A DNA stretch of 41,183 nt from Octopus bimaculoides (taxonomy: Eukaryota), in NCBI RefSeq assembly GCF_001194135.2, contig NC_069004.1, forward strand, positions 34,304,484-34,345,666, given 5' to 3'. How positions within the stretch are numbered: the first letter of the stretch is position 1; the number at the start of each line of letters is the position of its first letter. A program made the position numbers and the translations under genes. This document shows, one piece after another, positions 1 to 12,165 of this stretch. Under the pieces are notes generated by a model. That model had not been told where the DNA came from, did not search any database, and saw only the letters and a list, made by a program, of their open reading frames with translations.

Positions 1-666
1 TATATATATATATATATAAACACAGACATACACATATATATATATTTACGTATGTACGTACATATAAATTACACATATAAATTACACAAACATATCAAAA
101 TATATACTAAGGTGTGTATGTATGTCTGTACACACACAGACAAGCACGCACGCACGCAAGCACGCGCGCGCATGTACGCAAGAAGGAAAATGGTAGACAG
201 GCTGTATGAGGTGGAAGGGAGAATACAAGAAAACCTTTACAAGTTCTGAAGAAACAAAAATACATAAAAGAAACCTGTCGCTAATGCTTTCAAACACACA
301 ATAACAATATATAGATGACTATATAATATATATTAACATACGAGTCTCCACCACTATACACTCGCATCTATAAACATACATACATATATAAAAGATATTA
401 TAGTTTCCACTGTCTTGTTATATGTGATAACTATGTACGCCTCGTTTACTGCGATGCCATCCAATTCGCTCCTGTTCTTTTCTGTTGTATTTAACTTTTA
501 ATACACACACAACCCATTTCTATCGTGCCAGATTACCTCTTTGCAATAGGACCTTTTAAGTGTTCCATATACATAATTTCATTCTTGTGCACGACTGGCC
601 AAATTTTCGCTCGCCCCGTTGTAAATGTACATCTATGTACGTACGTACGTATGTATAAACACATGC

Positions 667-703
<37 letters not shown>

Positions 704-1045
704 GCGCGTGTGTGTGTATTTTGTGTAAGTCTTTTGTATTTAATTTTGTTGTTTTGTCATTTTTTCTTTGTAAATCTTTGTCTGATTGGTTAGAACACTG
801 ATGTGAGATTGGTTTGTGTATTCTCCATTATTTTATATCTGCTTACTTCCATTATGCTCTCTCTTTCGCCTGTCTCTGTTCGCCTGTCTTTCTGTTCAGC
901 CATTCACACACGCATCCCCCTACACACACACACACACACACATACATACACACAATATTTGGTATTGCAGATGTATCTTATACATACCTGTATTCTTGTA
1001 TTTTACGTACGAATACCTAAATACGTTTCTGCACACACCCCACAC

Positions 1046-1127
<82 letters not shown>

Positions 1128-1581
1128 TGGCACTCCAATACAGTTGAAATTTGTTATATTGCTTCTGGCAAAGGAATCTGTTATTTCTTGCTACATGAAC
1201 ATTTCTGCTGCAGTTGCGGCTGACCAGGTCAAACTGTCCTTTTCACACGATGATATATCATCATTTTAAAGTTGTTCCTGTCGTGGCCATCCCGTACATT
1301 TTCTTCCGGTGTTTTGTGTTAACCTCCACAAAATTAACGCAACATTAACTCGGTGCCACACTGTATTAGACGTGATAAACTATTGCAAAGAAAAGATCTC
1401 TGCACCGTTTTTACCTCGATGGACGCTTTCTTTGAATATTTTATTCTGTAACTGCTTCCAAGCATTGGATCGCGGCCATTCTGCAGATTGACATAATGGC
1501 CGTCCTCCAAAGACAATGGTGTACATTGGGCCATACTGGGATCTTTTAGTCGATTATATCAACACTTGTGGAAGGCGCAAA

Positions 1582-1872
1582 GTCTAGTGGTCAGTGTATT
1601 GCATTCACGGTCGCTGGAGCATGGGTTCGAGTCCCAGTCCGGACAACGCGTTGTGTTCTTGAGTAAAACACTTCATTTCACGTTGTTACAGTCCATTCTG
1701 GTCTAAACGGGTGATCATGCGACGGAATAGCTTTCCGATCAGCGACTGAATAACTTTCCGAATGTTGGCTTGCTCGCCTAGCCAGCGGAGTGGCGTCATT
1801 CGAGAACTAAAACAGTGCAAAGCGCATTGTGACCAGCGTTGTATAACAGCTGATAGACTGGTCGGTACCGTG
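1582..1872 (+). mobile_element. tRNA-derived SINE (my family C)
   Basis: A-box-like tagtggtcagtg and B-box gggttcgagtcc, followed by acaacgcgttgtgttcttgag..aaaacacttcatttcacgttg. The head resembles the minus-strand copies at 2375-2612 and 10190-10447. Confidence 0.75.
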
Positions 1873-2039
1873 TTATCAATCCATGTCCTTACTCCATTCT
1901 TACATATTGTTCTTTGCTCCGTTATTACTAATCCTCGTTGTTGACGCCTGTAATCTACTTTTTGTCTTTTAGAAATTAAATAGAACAAAGATTTTTTTTG
2001 CTTACCGCTATAAGCAAAGATACAGAGGCGTACGGGTCG

Positions 2040-2195
2040 CTGTGTCGTAAAGAAACTCACTTTCCAACACCCTTGTTTCGAGTTCACAATGCAGCACCTT
2101 GAGCAAATCTTTTCTGCAATCGTCCCAGGCAGATCAATGCCTTGCGAGTGTATTTGGGAGACAGGAACTTAGGAAGCCTGTCGTATGTGTGTGTG
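2040..2195 (+). mobile_element. Degenerate SINE head (my family D) followed by (TG)n
   Basis: gcaccttgagcaaatcttttctgcaat...gccttgcgagtgtatttgggagacaggaacttaggaagcctgtcg is homologous to 6368-6507. Confidence 0.7.
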
Positions 2196-2374
2196 TATGC
2201 ATAGATAAATGAGGTATTTATATACTTTGTTGTTTTATTTTCACACTAACGCTAAAGTTAAGCACATTTAGCCAAAATGAATTCCGTTGAAGTTTATTCC
2301 ATGTTTTAAAATATGTTTGTCAAAATATTTGGAATCAAAGGTCGGAATATACATACATATATATATATATAGAA

Positions 2375-2612
2375 TCTTCTTTACTTGTTTCAGTCCTTTG
2401 GCTGCGGCCATACTGGAGTACAAAAAGCCATTTCGCGAGTCATAAACTTAAGGGGCCGGTTCCCCGGTTTCCATGATGTGTATATTCCTCATCTGGACGG
2501 GACGCTAGTCCATCGCAGGATTACTCATTACTCAGGATTACTCACCCGGTCCAGGAATGGAAACCACAATCTTACAATCAAGACTGCAAATCCTAACCCA
2601 CTGAGCCAAGCG
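2375..2612 (-). mobile_element. tRNA-derived SINE (family C head, shared 3' tail), internally deleted
   Basis: Reverse complement begins gcgcttggctcagtgggttaggatttgcagtc...attcctggaccggg and ends ctccagtatggccgcagccaaaggactgaaacaagtaaaaga. Confidence 0.75.
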
Positions 2613-2711
2613 CAAACACACGCACATAGTCACGCGCACATAGTTGTATATTATGCATGTATATATATATATATATATATATTACTTTTACATGAAATAT
2701 ATATAAACGTG

Positions 2712-2770
<59 letters not shown>

Positions 2771-2966
2771 TTGTTAATAAATTCAGCAACCGAACACAGG
2801 CCTTTACGGAGTCGTTCATTCATTCCTTTACACCATATCTGCTTTATTGATGCATGCAAAACGGAAAGTACGTAAATAGACAATATCAGCCCAGCAAGGT
2901 GTAACTCGAAATTATTAGAGACTCACACACAAAGATATATAAATGCATACTTCGATGCAGACATAT

Positions 2967-3007
<41 letters not shown>

Positions 3008-3994
3008 TATATGAATGTACAAAGAATGTAAATACGTACAGTTATATACAGACACACACGCAAACCCGTATAAAGAATTAGTTCTCTAGTGGGACTTCAT
3101 TTAATGGTCGGTTAATGTAAAACAAAGGAATGCACACACGCATATGTATATTTGTGTTTATGTCTCTGTATGTGGATGTTTGTTGGTATATACATATAGG
3201 ATGTGTGTATGTATGTTAATATGCATATTACATCAAGTCTATGCAACATATACAACTAGGAACACATATGTGTATGCGTGTATATAGGCATAAACATCCA
3301 TATGTCTATTTAGTGTGTATAAGTTTGCGCTTGAGTGCGTAGATAAATATATGAACGCACACACATTTCTATATTGTTTTGGGTATATACATTAACACAC
3401 GGACACACACACATATATATATACATCTAGTTTCCAATATTTATGCGAACGCATTAGCGTAAGAGTATGTACCCACAAACTTGTATGTGTGTGTGTGTGT
3501 GTGTGTATATATATGTATATACACTCATATCCTGTCACACATACATACAGTAAGACACTGACGTTGTCTACATTATGTAAGACAGAGATGAAGCTATAAA
3601 AATTAGTTCTTTCTCTGCTGGGACTTCATTTAATGGTCAGCCAATGTAAAACAATGGACTCTACACATTGTTGTATTATATAAATGCGTGTGTGTGTGTG
3701 TTTGACTATCAGCATGTGTGTATATGTTCTTGTGTGCACCTACCTGTATACATATATACGTGTGTGTGTCTGTATGCATAGATATGTACTTAATATATAC
3801 CTATATGCCTACATATATATGATATATGCGTAAATATTCGTGTGTGTATGTATATTTATTCATATACATAAGTATGAACATATATATTTGTAAATATGTG
3901 TGTGTAAAATATGTATATATACTCGCACGCTTAATATTTAAGCTTAATTATGCATACCTATCTATCTCTCTGTCATCTATCCATACATACACAC

Positions 3995-4039
<45 letters not shown>

Positions 4040-4374
4040 AGATACACATAGTCACAGACAGACAGGCTAGTATGTACATACACCTCACACATCCCTATAT
4101 TTACGTATACTTTGATAAACTATGTACATTGAAATAATTGACCTAATGCGATATCTCTAGACATTCTCGAAACCCAGCAATAACTGAGACACACATTCTA
4201 TCAGACATTCATTTACACAAAATTGATATATACACTCGCATACACACGTGAACACGAGCTCGTATACATCTGTTGTATTGCAAAATACAGAAAGAAATTC
4301 TCAGTACATGATGATCAAGATTAATTAATCGTAAAACGCAGATTAGGGAAACTGTAGAGTTTGTTAAAATTATT

Positions 4375-4530
4375 CTGGCAGAAACGTCAAAACGCCGAAC
4401 AAAATACTTAGCGACATTACGGCCGTCCTCCTTTTCTAAGTTCATCCTTTCGGGGGTCGATAAAATAAGCACCAGCTGAGGGCTGGGGTCGAGGTAATCG
4501 ACTTACCCTATCCCACAAAATTGCTGGGAT
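4375..4530 (+). mobile_element. SINE (my family A), internally deleted
   Basis: ctggcagaaacgtcaaaacgccgaacaaaatacttagcgac...ttcatcctttcgggggtcgataaaataagcaccag..ctggggtcgaggtaatcgactt is shared with the 19078-19900 copies. Confidence 0.85.
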
Positions 4531-4733
4531 ACACAAAATTGATACACAAGTTTTTCATCTTTATACGCAACTGACAAATATAGGAACATAGGACGTGACA
4601 CCCTCAACACGTCTCTATACATCATTTTGCGCGCGCACGCGGGCACGAACATACGCACGTACACACACACACACACCCACCCACACACACACAGTGCACA
4701 TTTGTATAGTCTTAGTGTATCTTTGTAACTTAC

Positions 4734-4848
4734 AATTGCCGTCTTGTTTGATGATGTAGATTTGATCTACGGAAGCCCGGAGCACTTCACCATAGCGAAA
4801 CGTATCTTTGTATCGCATTGTACCGTTAGCTATATGGGCTCCCATAAC
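4734..4848 (-). CDS. Probable internal coding exon (115 bp, phase 0 to phase 1) of an unidentified minus-strand gene; peptide VMGAHIANGTMRYKDTFRYGEVLRASVDQIYIIKQDGN
   Basis: Acceptor ttattatttcag|GTT (AG at 4850-4849) and consensus donor AATT|gtaagt (4733-4728). Only one of three frames is open; the other two hit TAG or TAA within 7 codons. Complex, GC-richer sequence sits between microsatellite flanks. Protein family not recognised. Confidence 0.6.
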
Positions 4849-5016
4849 CTGAAATAATAAACAGTAAGAGCATATTAAAAAAAGAAAAAAAACAAGGAAA
4901 ATGCAAATAGCAGTCAGAACTCTCACACACACACAAGGAAATACATAAATAATTACGTATAAAATATATACACACTTGTACATACATACATATATATGTG
5001 TGTGTGTGTGCGTGTG

Positions 5017-5183
5017 TACGACGGGTTTCTTCCAGGTTCCGTCTACCAAATCCACTCACAAGGCTTTGGTCAGCCAAGGATCATAGTAGAAGACCCTTGC
5101 CCAAGATGTCACAGTATGGAACTGAACCCGGAACCTAGTGGGAGGAATCAAACTTCTTAGCACACAGCCACGCCAGCACGCCT
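5017..5183 (-). mobile_element. SINE head (family D)
   Basis: Reverse complement contains ggttccgggttcagttcc...cttgggcaagggtcttctactat...ccaaagccttgtgagtggatttggtagacggaacctggaagaaacccgtcg, homologous to 6368-6507. Confidence 0.85.
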
Positions 5184-5224
5184 ACGTAAACATAGAATGA
5201 CCCGCTCACGCATTTATTCAATTG

Positions 5225-5275
<51 letters not shown>

Positions 5276-5624
5276 CGTCGACGTCATCGTCATCGTATGT
5301 ACCTAAGAACACATGTGTGTTTGTGTGTGTGTGTGTGTGGAGAGAGAGAGAGAAAGAGAGAGGAGAGAGGGACGAAAGAGTGTCTGTAGAGGATAGAGTT
5401 CCGTCAATTGGCCAATTATCCAATTCCAATGTCAGTCGGTGTAAATACTGTCAATGTATGTTGTCATAGAAATTGCTACAACAATAACAACTACAACGAT
5501 GTTGTTGTTGTTGTTGTTGTTTTTGTGGCCTGTCACACACAAATGGTGGCCTTGTTTTACATGTGGGAAATAACTGGCTTTTCAATTGCTTTTCGAAATT
5601 ACATCAACCGACACGCATTCTTCA

Positions 5625-5656
<32 letters not shown>

Positions 5657-6057
5657 CTGTGTTGCTTAGTACTGATTAAATAAAAATCTGTTATCAAGGG
5701 CATTCCATCCATGGCCATCCTGCATTTTTATACATCAGGCACCGTAAATTCCGCGGTGATTTAAGACGATGAAGTATGATTCGAACGAGCATTTGGCTGC
5801 TATTCTTTGCAGGGGTAGGATTAAGTGGTCACATAGAGGATACCTCGTTGCTACTTCTCTCTACGGGTTTTGCATCTTGGGAAGTTCGTAAAGGTGTGAC
5901 TATGTGTATGTTGTGTTTGTGTGTGTTTGCTTGTGAGATACTAAACCACTTCGAAGGGAAACAGTTTGGTATAATCACTACAATGGTTTCCTTTGTAATA
6001 ATGGAGTTTTTTTTTGCTTGTAACTTCGATCTTGTTCAGCCATACAATTTATTTGTT

Positions 6058-6146
6058 TTTATTTCAGTCACTGGACTGTGGCCATACTGTGGCATCGCCC
6101 GCCCTGGAAACGTTTTAGTTGGACAAATCAACACCAATGCTTATTT
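6058..6146 (-). mobile_element. SINE 3' tail fragment
   Basis: tttcagtcactggactgtggccatactg...gttttagttggacaaatcaacacc is the reverse complement of the tail seen at 16190-16260 and 21840-21920. Confidence 0.7.
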
Positions 6147-6367
6147 TTTCCTTTTTTTTTTTTAAAGTCTAGTACAACTTATTCTGTCGTTCTCTTTTTG
6201 CCGAACTGTTAATTTTGCGGGTCACGTAAACAAACCAATACCAGTTATCCAGCGGTGGTCTGAGAATAGCACGCACGCCCACACACACATACACGCACGT
6301 ACTCACACGCAAACACACACGCTCACACACGCAAACACACACGCTCACACACGCATGTATATTTACA

Positions 6368-6506
6368 CTTAGTTGGGAAGCTCGCCTTGTAACCACATGG
6401 TTCTGGTCACTGCGTGACACCTTGGGCAAGTGTCTTCAGCAATAGCCTCGGACTGAACAACACCTTTTGAGTGGATTTGGTAGACGGAAACTGAAAGAAG
6501 CCCGTC

Positions 6507-6544
<38 letters not shown>
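6368..6544 (+). mobile_element. SINE head (family D) running into (TA)n and an assembly gap
   Basis: aaccacatggttctgg...caccttgggcaagtgtcttc...gagtggatttggtagacggaaactgaaagaagcccgtcg followed by (TA)n. Confidence 0.85.
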
Positions 6545-7194
6545 NNNNNNNNNNNNNNNNNNNNNNNNNNNNNNNNNNNNNNNNNNNNNNNNNNNNNNNN
6601 NNNNNNNNNNNNNNNNNNNNNNNNNNNNNNNNNNNNNNNNNNNNNNNNNNNNNNNNNNNNNNNNNNNNNNNNNNNNNNNNNNNNNNNNNNNNNNNNNNNN
6701 NNNNNNNNNNNNNNNNNNNNNNNNNNNNNNNNNNNNNNNNNNNNNNNNNNNNNNNNNNNNNNNNNNNNNNNNNNNNNNNNNNNNNNNNNNNNNNNNNNNN
6801 NNNNNNNNNNNNNNNNNNNNNNNNNNNNNNNNNNNNNNNNNNNNNNNNNNNNNNNNNNNNNNNNNNNNNNNNNNNNNNNNNNNNNNNNNNNNNNNNNNNN
6901 NNNNNNNNNNNNNNNNNNNNNNNNNNNNNNNNNNNNNNNNNNNNNNNNNNNNNNNNNNNNNNNNNNNNNNNNNNNNNNNNNNNNNNNNNNNNNNNNNNNN
7001 NNNNNNNNNNNNNNNNNNNNNNNNNNNNNNNNNNNNNNNNNNNNNNNNNNNNNNNNNNNNNNNNNNNNNNNNNNNNNNNNNNNNNNNNNNNNNNNNNNNN
7101 NNNNNNNNNNNNNNNNNNNNNNNNNNNNNNNNNNNNNNNNNNNNNNNNNNNNNNNNNNNNNNNNNNNNNNNNNNNNNNNNNNNNNNNNNNNNNN

Positions 7195-7243
<49 letters not shown>

Positions 7244-7987
7244 TATAGAGATAGATATATATATATAGATATATATATATATATTCACAAACACACGTTT
7301 CTTCTTATAGGTATAATTCAATATTTTGCCTTTACTTACGCTGTTTTGCATAAAAGATGCGTTCATTCGACAAAGTTAGAACAAAATATATTCAGATATA
7401 CACACGCATGCAAATAGGTAAAATATGTTTTCAATGAAAATTGCGAATCTAATTTCCTTTCGATCACAGACAGATCGAAGGTTAATTAGCCAAACAAATA
7501 GAGAACCCGATATAGCTGAGATAGTGTTGATATTAACAGGGTGGTGATCGGGTACAATGACTGTTACAGTAAAAACTTCGTAGAAAATGTTTAGAACAAT
7601 AGAAATAACAACGACTAATATGTTGGTCGTAAGATGATGGCCGTGATAATTCTGATCATAATGACGATGGTTTTTGATGAAAATGAGAATGGTGACGGTG
7701 ATGGGGGAAAATATAGAGAGATATTTATGTTAAAGAATGCCTCAACCCATCAATATCATTTTCCTCAATATCGTTTTTTTCACTGTAATTTCAAAATATC
7801 TCATAACGCCCTCAGTTATCTACCCCTGACGCATCTTTGGACGAAACAAAGCGAATTTTGTTGGCCTCACTGACTTAATAAACATTAGTATTCAGTCATG
7901 ATATTTTATTCTAAGTTGTTTCTCCGTGTTAACAACGAAGCCTTGGATTTATTTACGTGCAGCTATATATACATAAATACACACACA

Positions 7988-8026
<39 letters not shown>

Positions 8027-8057
8027 ACATATATATATAGTATGTGTATAATGTATA

Positions 8058-8411
8058 CCTAAGCTTCTAATGTATAACCAGCTTGATAATGGACACAGAA
8101 ATGTTGGACAGCCATGGCTCCAGAACAAAAACGCACTGAAGATTAATCTGTCATCAATCAACACACCTTCTGGAACCTTTGATCAATCGATCCTGAAACG
8201 GAAGAACTGAATATCTGTGTGTCAAAATGGGATCGTGAATTTCAAACTCAGCTATATCCCTAGGCTGTGAGAACTGAGAGGTTGGACGAAAGCATTATCA
8301 AGCATAGCGGCAACTCTGTCGCATAATCTACACCCTTGCACGATCTGTGGACTTGTTTGCTAATTCTTCGTAGAACTAAAATGTCGAACACGATTTACAC
8401 ATGCAAGCTGA
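8058..8411 (+). mobile_element. 5'-truncated, decayed RTE-clade non-LTR retrotransposon (C-terminus of ORF2)
   Basis: One frame reads PKLLMYNQLDNGHRNVGQPWLQNKNALKINL...LKRKN*ISVCQNGIVNFK...HPCTICGLVC*FFVELKCRTRFTH. This matches the RTE C-terminal pattern PKxLLYGELxxGxRxxGxPxxRYKDxLK...DRxxW...CxxCGxxCxSxxGLxxHxRxH. It has several in-frame stops. Confidence 0.85.
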
Positions 8412-9458
8412 ATAAACTTCACAGGTTGTGGAATTCTCATACGTCAAAACCAACGGGAGCGTCAGTCATATACAAATGACATCTGGGCTTATACCTCCAT
8501 CAAACTTCCATCTGGTATAGAACCCTTGTCCTCTTCTCAAATACTACATCCACCTCAATTTAACCCAGGTAGTTTTTTTTGCATTTTTTTCGCTTCTTCC
8601 TTCCTGTTTTTGCCGGCGGCACGAAAATTGTACCCAGTCAACTCTGTAAAGAGGGTGCTGTTAGGGAACTACAGAATCTATGCCAAACCAGACACTGGAA
8701 ATGCAACACAACTCTGTGGCTCGTGAGATCCTGTAAAATCCTTAAACTTATTCTCACATGAGCAAGTAGACGTTAGACGATGATGATGACATAGTCTCTC
8801 TCTCTCTCTTTCTCTCTCTCTCACACACACACACACATTGCCGCATACACACGTACACTTATACATATACACTCAAACAACACACACACATATGATATTA
8901 CAAAATGAGCTTTGACCGGGATTTTGTCTAATTCCTCAAATGGTCTCCAGAGAACTCATGGCTTCGATAAGCTGTTAGATGAAACCTGATGTTTGAGTCA
9001 AAGTTAATTCTGCAAAGAATTTATCTCTGCTATTAATATTGGGTTCCCCTCGTCAGAAGAGTTTCCGTTCCTTCCACTGAACCTCCATTAAACTGACAAA
9101 CTCAAAAATCACCCCACTCCCGGTCAACACGTTAGTATCTATGCATGTATCGCTTTCTTTGATCCTCTCTCTCCCTCTACGTAAAAATACATATATACAT
9201 ATACACACACATACAATGTTTGGTGTGACCTTCACTTAAGCATTCTACGCGCGTATAGTGGTTGTTTCGAAAACGCACGGTTGGAAATATGTAAAGATAT
9301 ACACTATTATGTTGTTTGAGGAGCGGGGGATGACTTTTTTTCGGAATGTGTGCCTTAAAGATGTCGGTTTGTGTATATATTCACATTTCTTTCCATATTT
9401 CATACTTTGGGATTCATATTCAATATAAGTGTGTGTATACATATGTGTATGTATGTGT

Positions 9459-9528
<70 letters not shown>

Positions 9529-9572
9529 ATATATTATATATATTACATACACACACAAGTGTGTGCGCGCAC

Positions 9573-9610
<38 letters not shown>

Positions 9611-10189
9611 GCGCGTGTGTATATATGAGTGTACATATAACTATGTATGCGTATACGCACGCACAGTATTTATGTTATGCGTTTTTACGTTTGCTTCTCT
9701 CGTGACAAATGCACACACACACACATTTTTATCTGTATGTTTCTACTTAGAAATAATATATGCGAATTAGCATATCCGGTTACGTTTGCATGAAATGTAA
9801 CAAACGCTAATTTGCATAATTGCAATATTATTTCATCCTAGCTACATACTTAGAAACTGGCATATCAGCAGATCACTTCCCCTTGATTGTTAGAAAATAT
9901 GAATTAACTTTGCATAATTTCTTATATAAATACACGGAGACATGTGTAGTAACCTCCATCGCAATTACGGACGCCATTGTTAGCATAGAAAATGAAAGTT
10001 AACTATTGAAATGCTTAGCCACTGCTCATTTGTATACACTTGCCTTCTTCTATAGATATGGCTGTATATGATATTAACACAATTATCCAGGTTTTGTGAA
10101 AGGGTATAGGCATTAAATTTGGTCCCAATACATGACAGGTATTGTATTATAACAACCAGAGTAGGACTTAGTTATATTTATGGGATTCC

Positions 10190-10447
10190 CGTCGGTTACG
10201 ATAACGATGACGAGAGTTCCAGTTGATTCGATCAACAGAGCAGCCTGCTTATGAAATTAACGTGCAAGTGGCTGAGTACTCCACCGATACGTGTAACCTC
10301 AACGAAGATCTCAGGGAGATTAAGCGACGCAGAATATGACAAGGCTGGTCTTTTGAAATAGAGGCAACGTGAAATAGTATCCTGCTCAAGAATACAACGC
10401 ACCGCCGAGAATCGAACTTGCGACCTTAGAATCGTGAGTCGGATCCC
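10190..10447 (-). mobile_element. tRNA-derived SINE (family C-related head)
   Basis: tgctcaagaatacaacgcaccgccgagaatcgaacttgcgacc is the reverse complement of a B-box head like that at 1582-1680, attached to a complex core (gttccagttgattcgatcaac...gtgcaagtggctgagtactcc). Confidence 0.7.
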
Positions 10448-12059
10448 TTAAATATTAAGCATTCACATGGATTTGAAACCCGGAACGTGAAGGGTCGTGT
10501 TCTAGATTCTGAAACGAATGCATTTTCTCCGCCGTAACTTCCGGTATTGCCAAATATCGTCGCATGCATATTTTGAGAGTACTTATGCGCTCATTTTAAT
10601 AACTAGAAGTTATAACTAAAATTCTTCCGAATCACACATTTTAAAACATATTTTAAAGTCAGGAACGGAAGCAATAACAATGAGCCATTAATGGATCCCC
10701 GAAATTTGTGTTAATGAGGTAGCAGTGTTTCTTGAAACAAAACAACTGGCCTGAATGAGTCTATGCAACATGGTCGTTTTTGCTAAAATACATTTAAAAA
10801 AAAATCAAAACCAAAGTCGAGGTGTTAAACTAATTTCATCTCGCTTTGAAAATATGTTTGCAGATGCAACACTTTATAAAGGAAGATTCCATTTCTTGAC
10901 TCGTTAAACAATGACTCATATTTTATACTTCCTAAATCTGTCCAAGAGTCATGTAGTAGTGATAAACCGGGTTATGGATTATGTCCACCGCGCAACAAAG
11001 GCTTTCCGCACAGTTTCCTTCATCTAAATTTTGTGCAGTTTGGGTTGATACGAATTCGCAATAGATTTCACGTTCATAAGGTGCCTTGTAATGGAATGAA
11101 ACTCGTAACCACGTGATTACGAATTGAACCTTTCTCTCTGCACGGCATTGCAAATGGTCATGGCTGGATTGCTTTGGACCAAAGATATCTCTTAACACGA
11201 GAACCGTTCCGACCGAAGTTAAATTTAATGATGTCAATCTAATACTAGATTTTCTTTAACGCAAATTTTAAAAACACATACATTCGTGCACACGCTCGCA
11301 AACACATGTAAAGATAGATCTAGACAGAGATCGAGACAGATATCGATAGAGAGATGCAGACGGATACATCAAGACAGACTGACATATCTAGACAGACGAA
11401 TGGATTGGCAGATATAGATAGAATAAGGAAGTTTCCGCAAAATATATGAAGCTATTACTGTGCATTAAGTAGTGTAACTAAGGCCCATTCAAAAGGGAGA
11501 TAATAGCAATAGAAATTATGATTTTTCACAGACGGGCTGAAGGACACGTAGATAAACATTGAGAGTAAGAGAGAGAGAGAGTTAGAAGGGAGAGTTACTG
11601 GCAGAGAAAGAAAGAGAAAGACTAAGCAGGAAAGATGAAGTGCATTTATTGGGACAAAGAATTAACTAACTAACTAGGCAGATGGATAGCTTCATATATT
11701 GACATAATGGCACTCTTTCACAGAGAAGCGCAGTCGCAGACACACACACATATGTATATATATATATACACACACATAACGCGAGCATGGACGTAGGCAA
11801 TGTCTCACTCAGGCATAAGGACAAATAGAAGCGTTAACACAGACAGAAAAATACGCAAAATAAAGACCACCCATTCAGTTAAGTCTACAGAAATAGGAAT
11901 TGATATCAAGGCTAAATTCTTTCGATATTTATTGGGTGGGAGGTGGGATGGGGGGACTTAGATCAAACTGTAAATACCAGTGAAAAGAACAGCAACAACA
12001 AAAACAACAGCAGAGGCTAGAAACCGACGACTACGACGACGACTACTACCACGGCCACA

Positions 12060-12096
<37 letters not shown>

Positions 12097-12133
12097 GCTG
12101 TTTCACATAGATAAAGAGATGTGTATGTGGGTA

Positions 12134-12165
<32 letters not shown>

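Noticed and set aside
1582-1650. tRNA gene
   Set aside because: A and B boxes are present but I see no cloverleaf, and the sequence continues into a SINE body shared with other copies.
4790-4820. MRYKDTF in the best exon resembles the RTE LINE motif RYKDTLK
   Set aside because: Flanking RTE motifs (LYGEL upstream, WExxAxDR downstream) are absent, so the match is probably coincidental.
8579-8761. ORF piece LCKEGAVRELQNLCQTRHWKCNTT resembling the Wnt ECQxQF..RWNC motif
   Set aside because: Residue spacing does not fit, there are no suitable splice sites, and no other Wnt exons are in the window.
10932-11237. 101-aa minus-strand ORF of complex sequence
   Set aside because: It starts at TTG, has no convincing splice sites and no recognisable motif. 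It may be an old TE remnant, but I cannot support a call.
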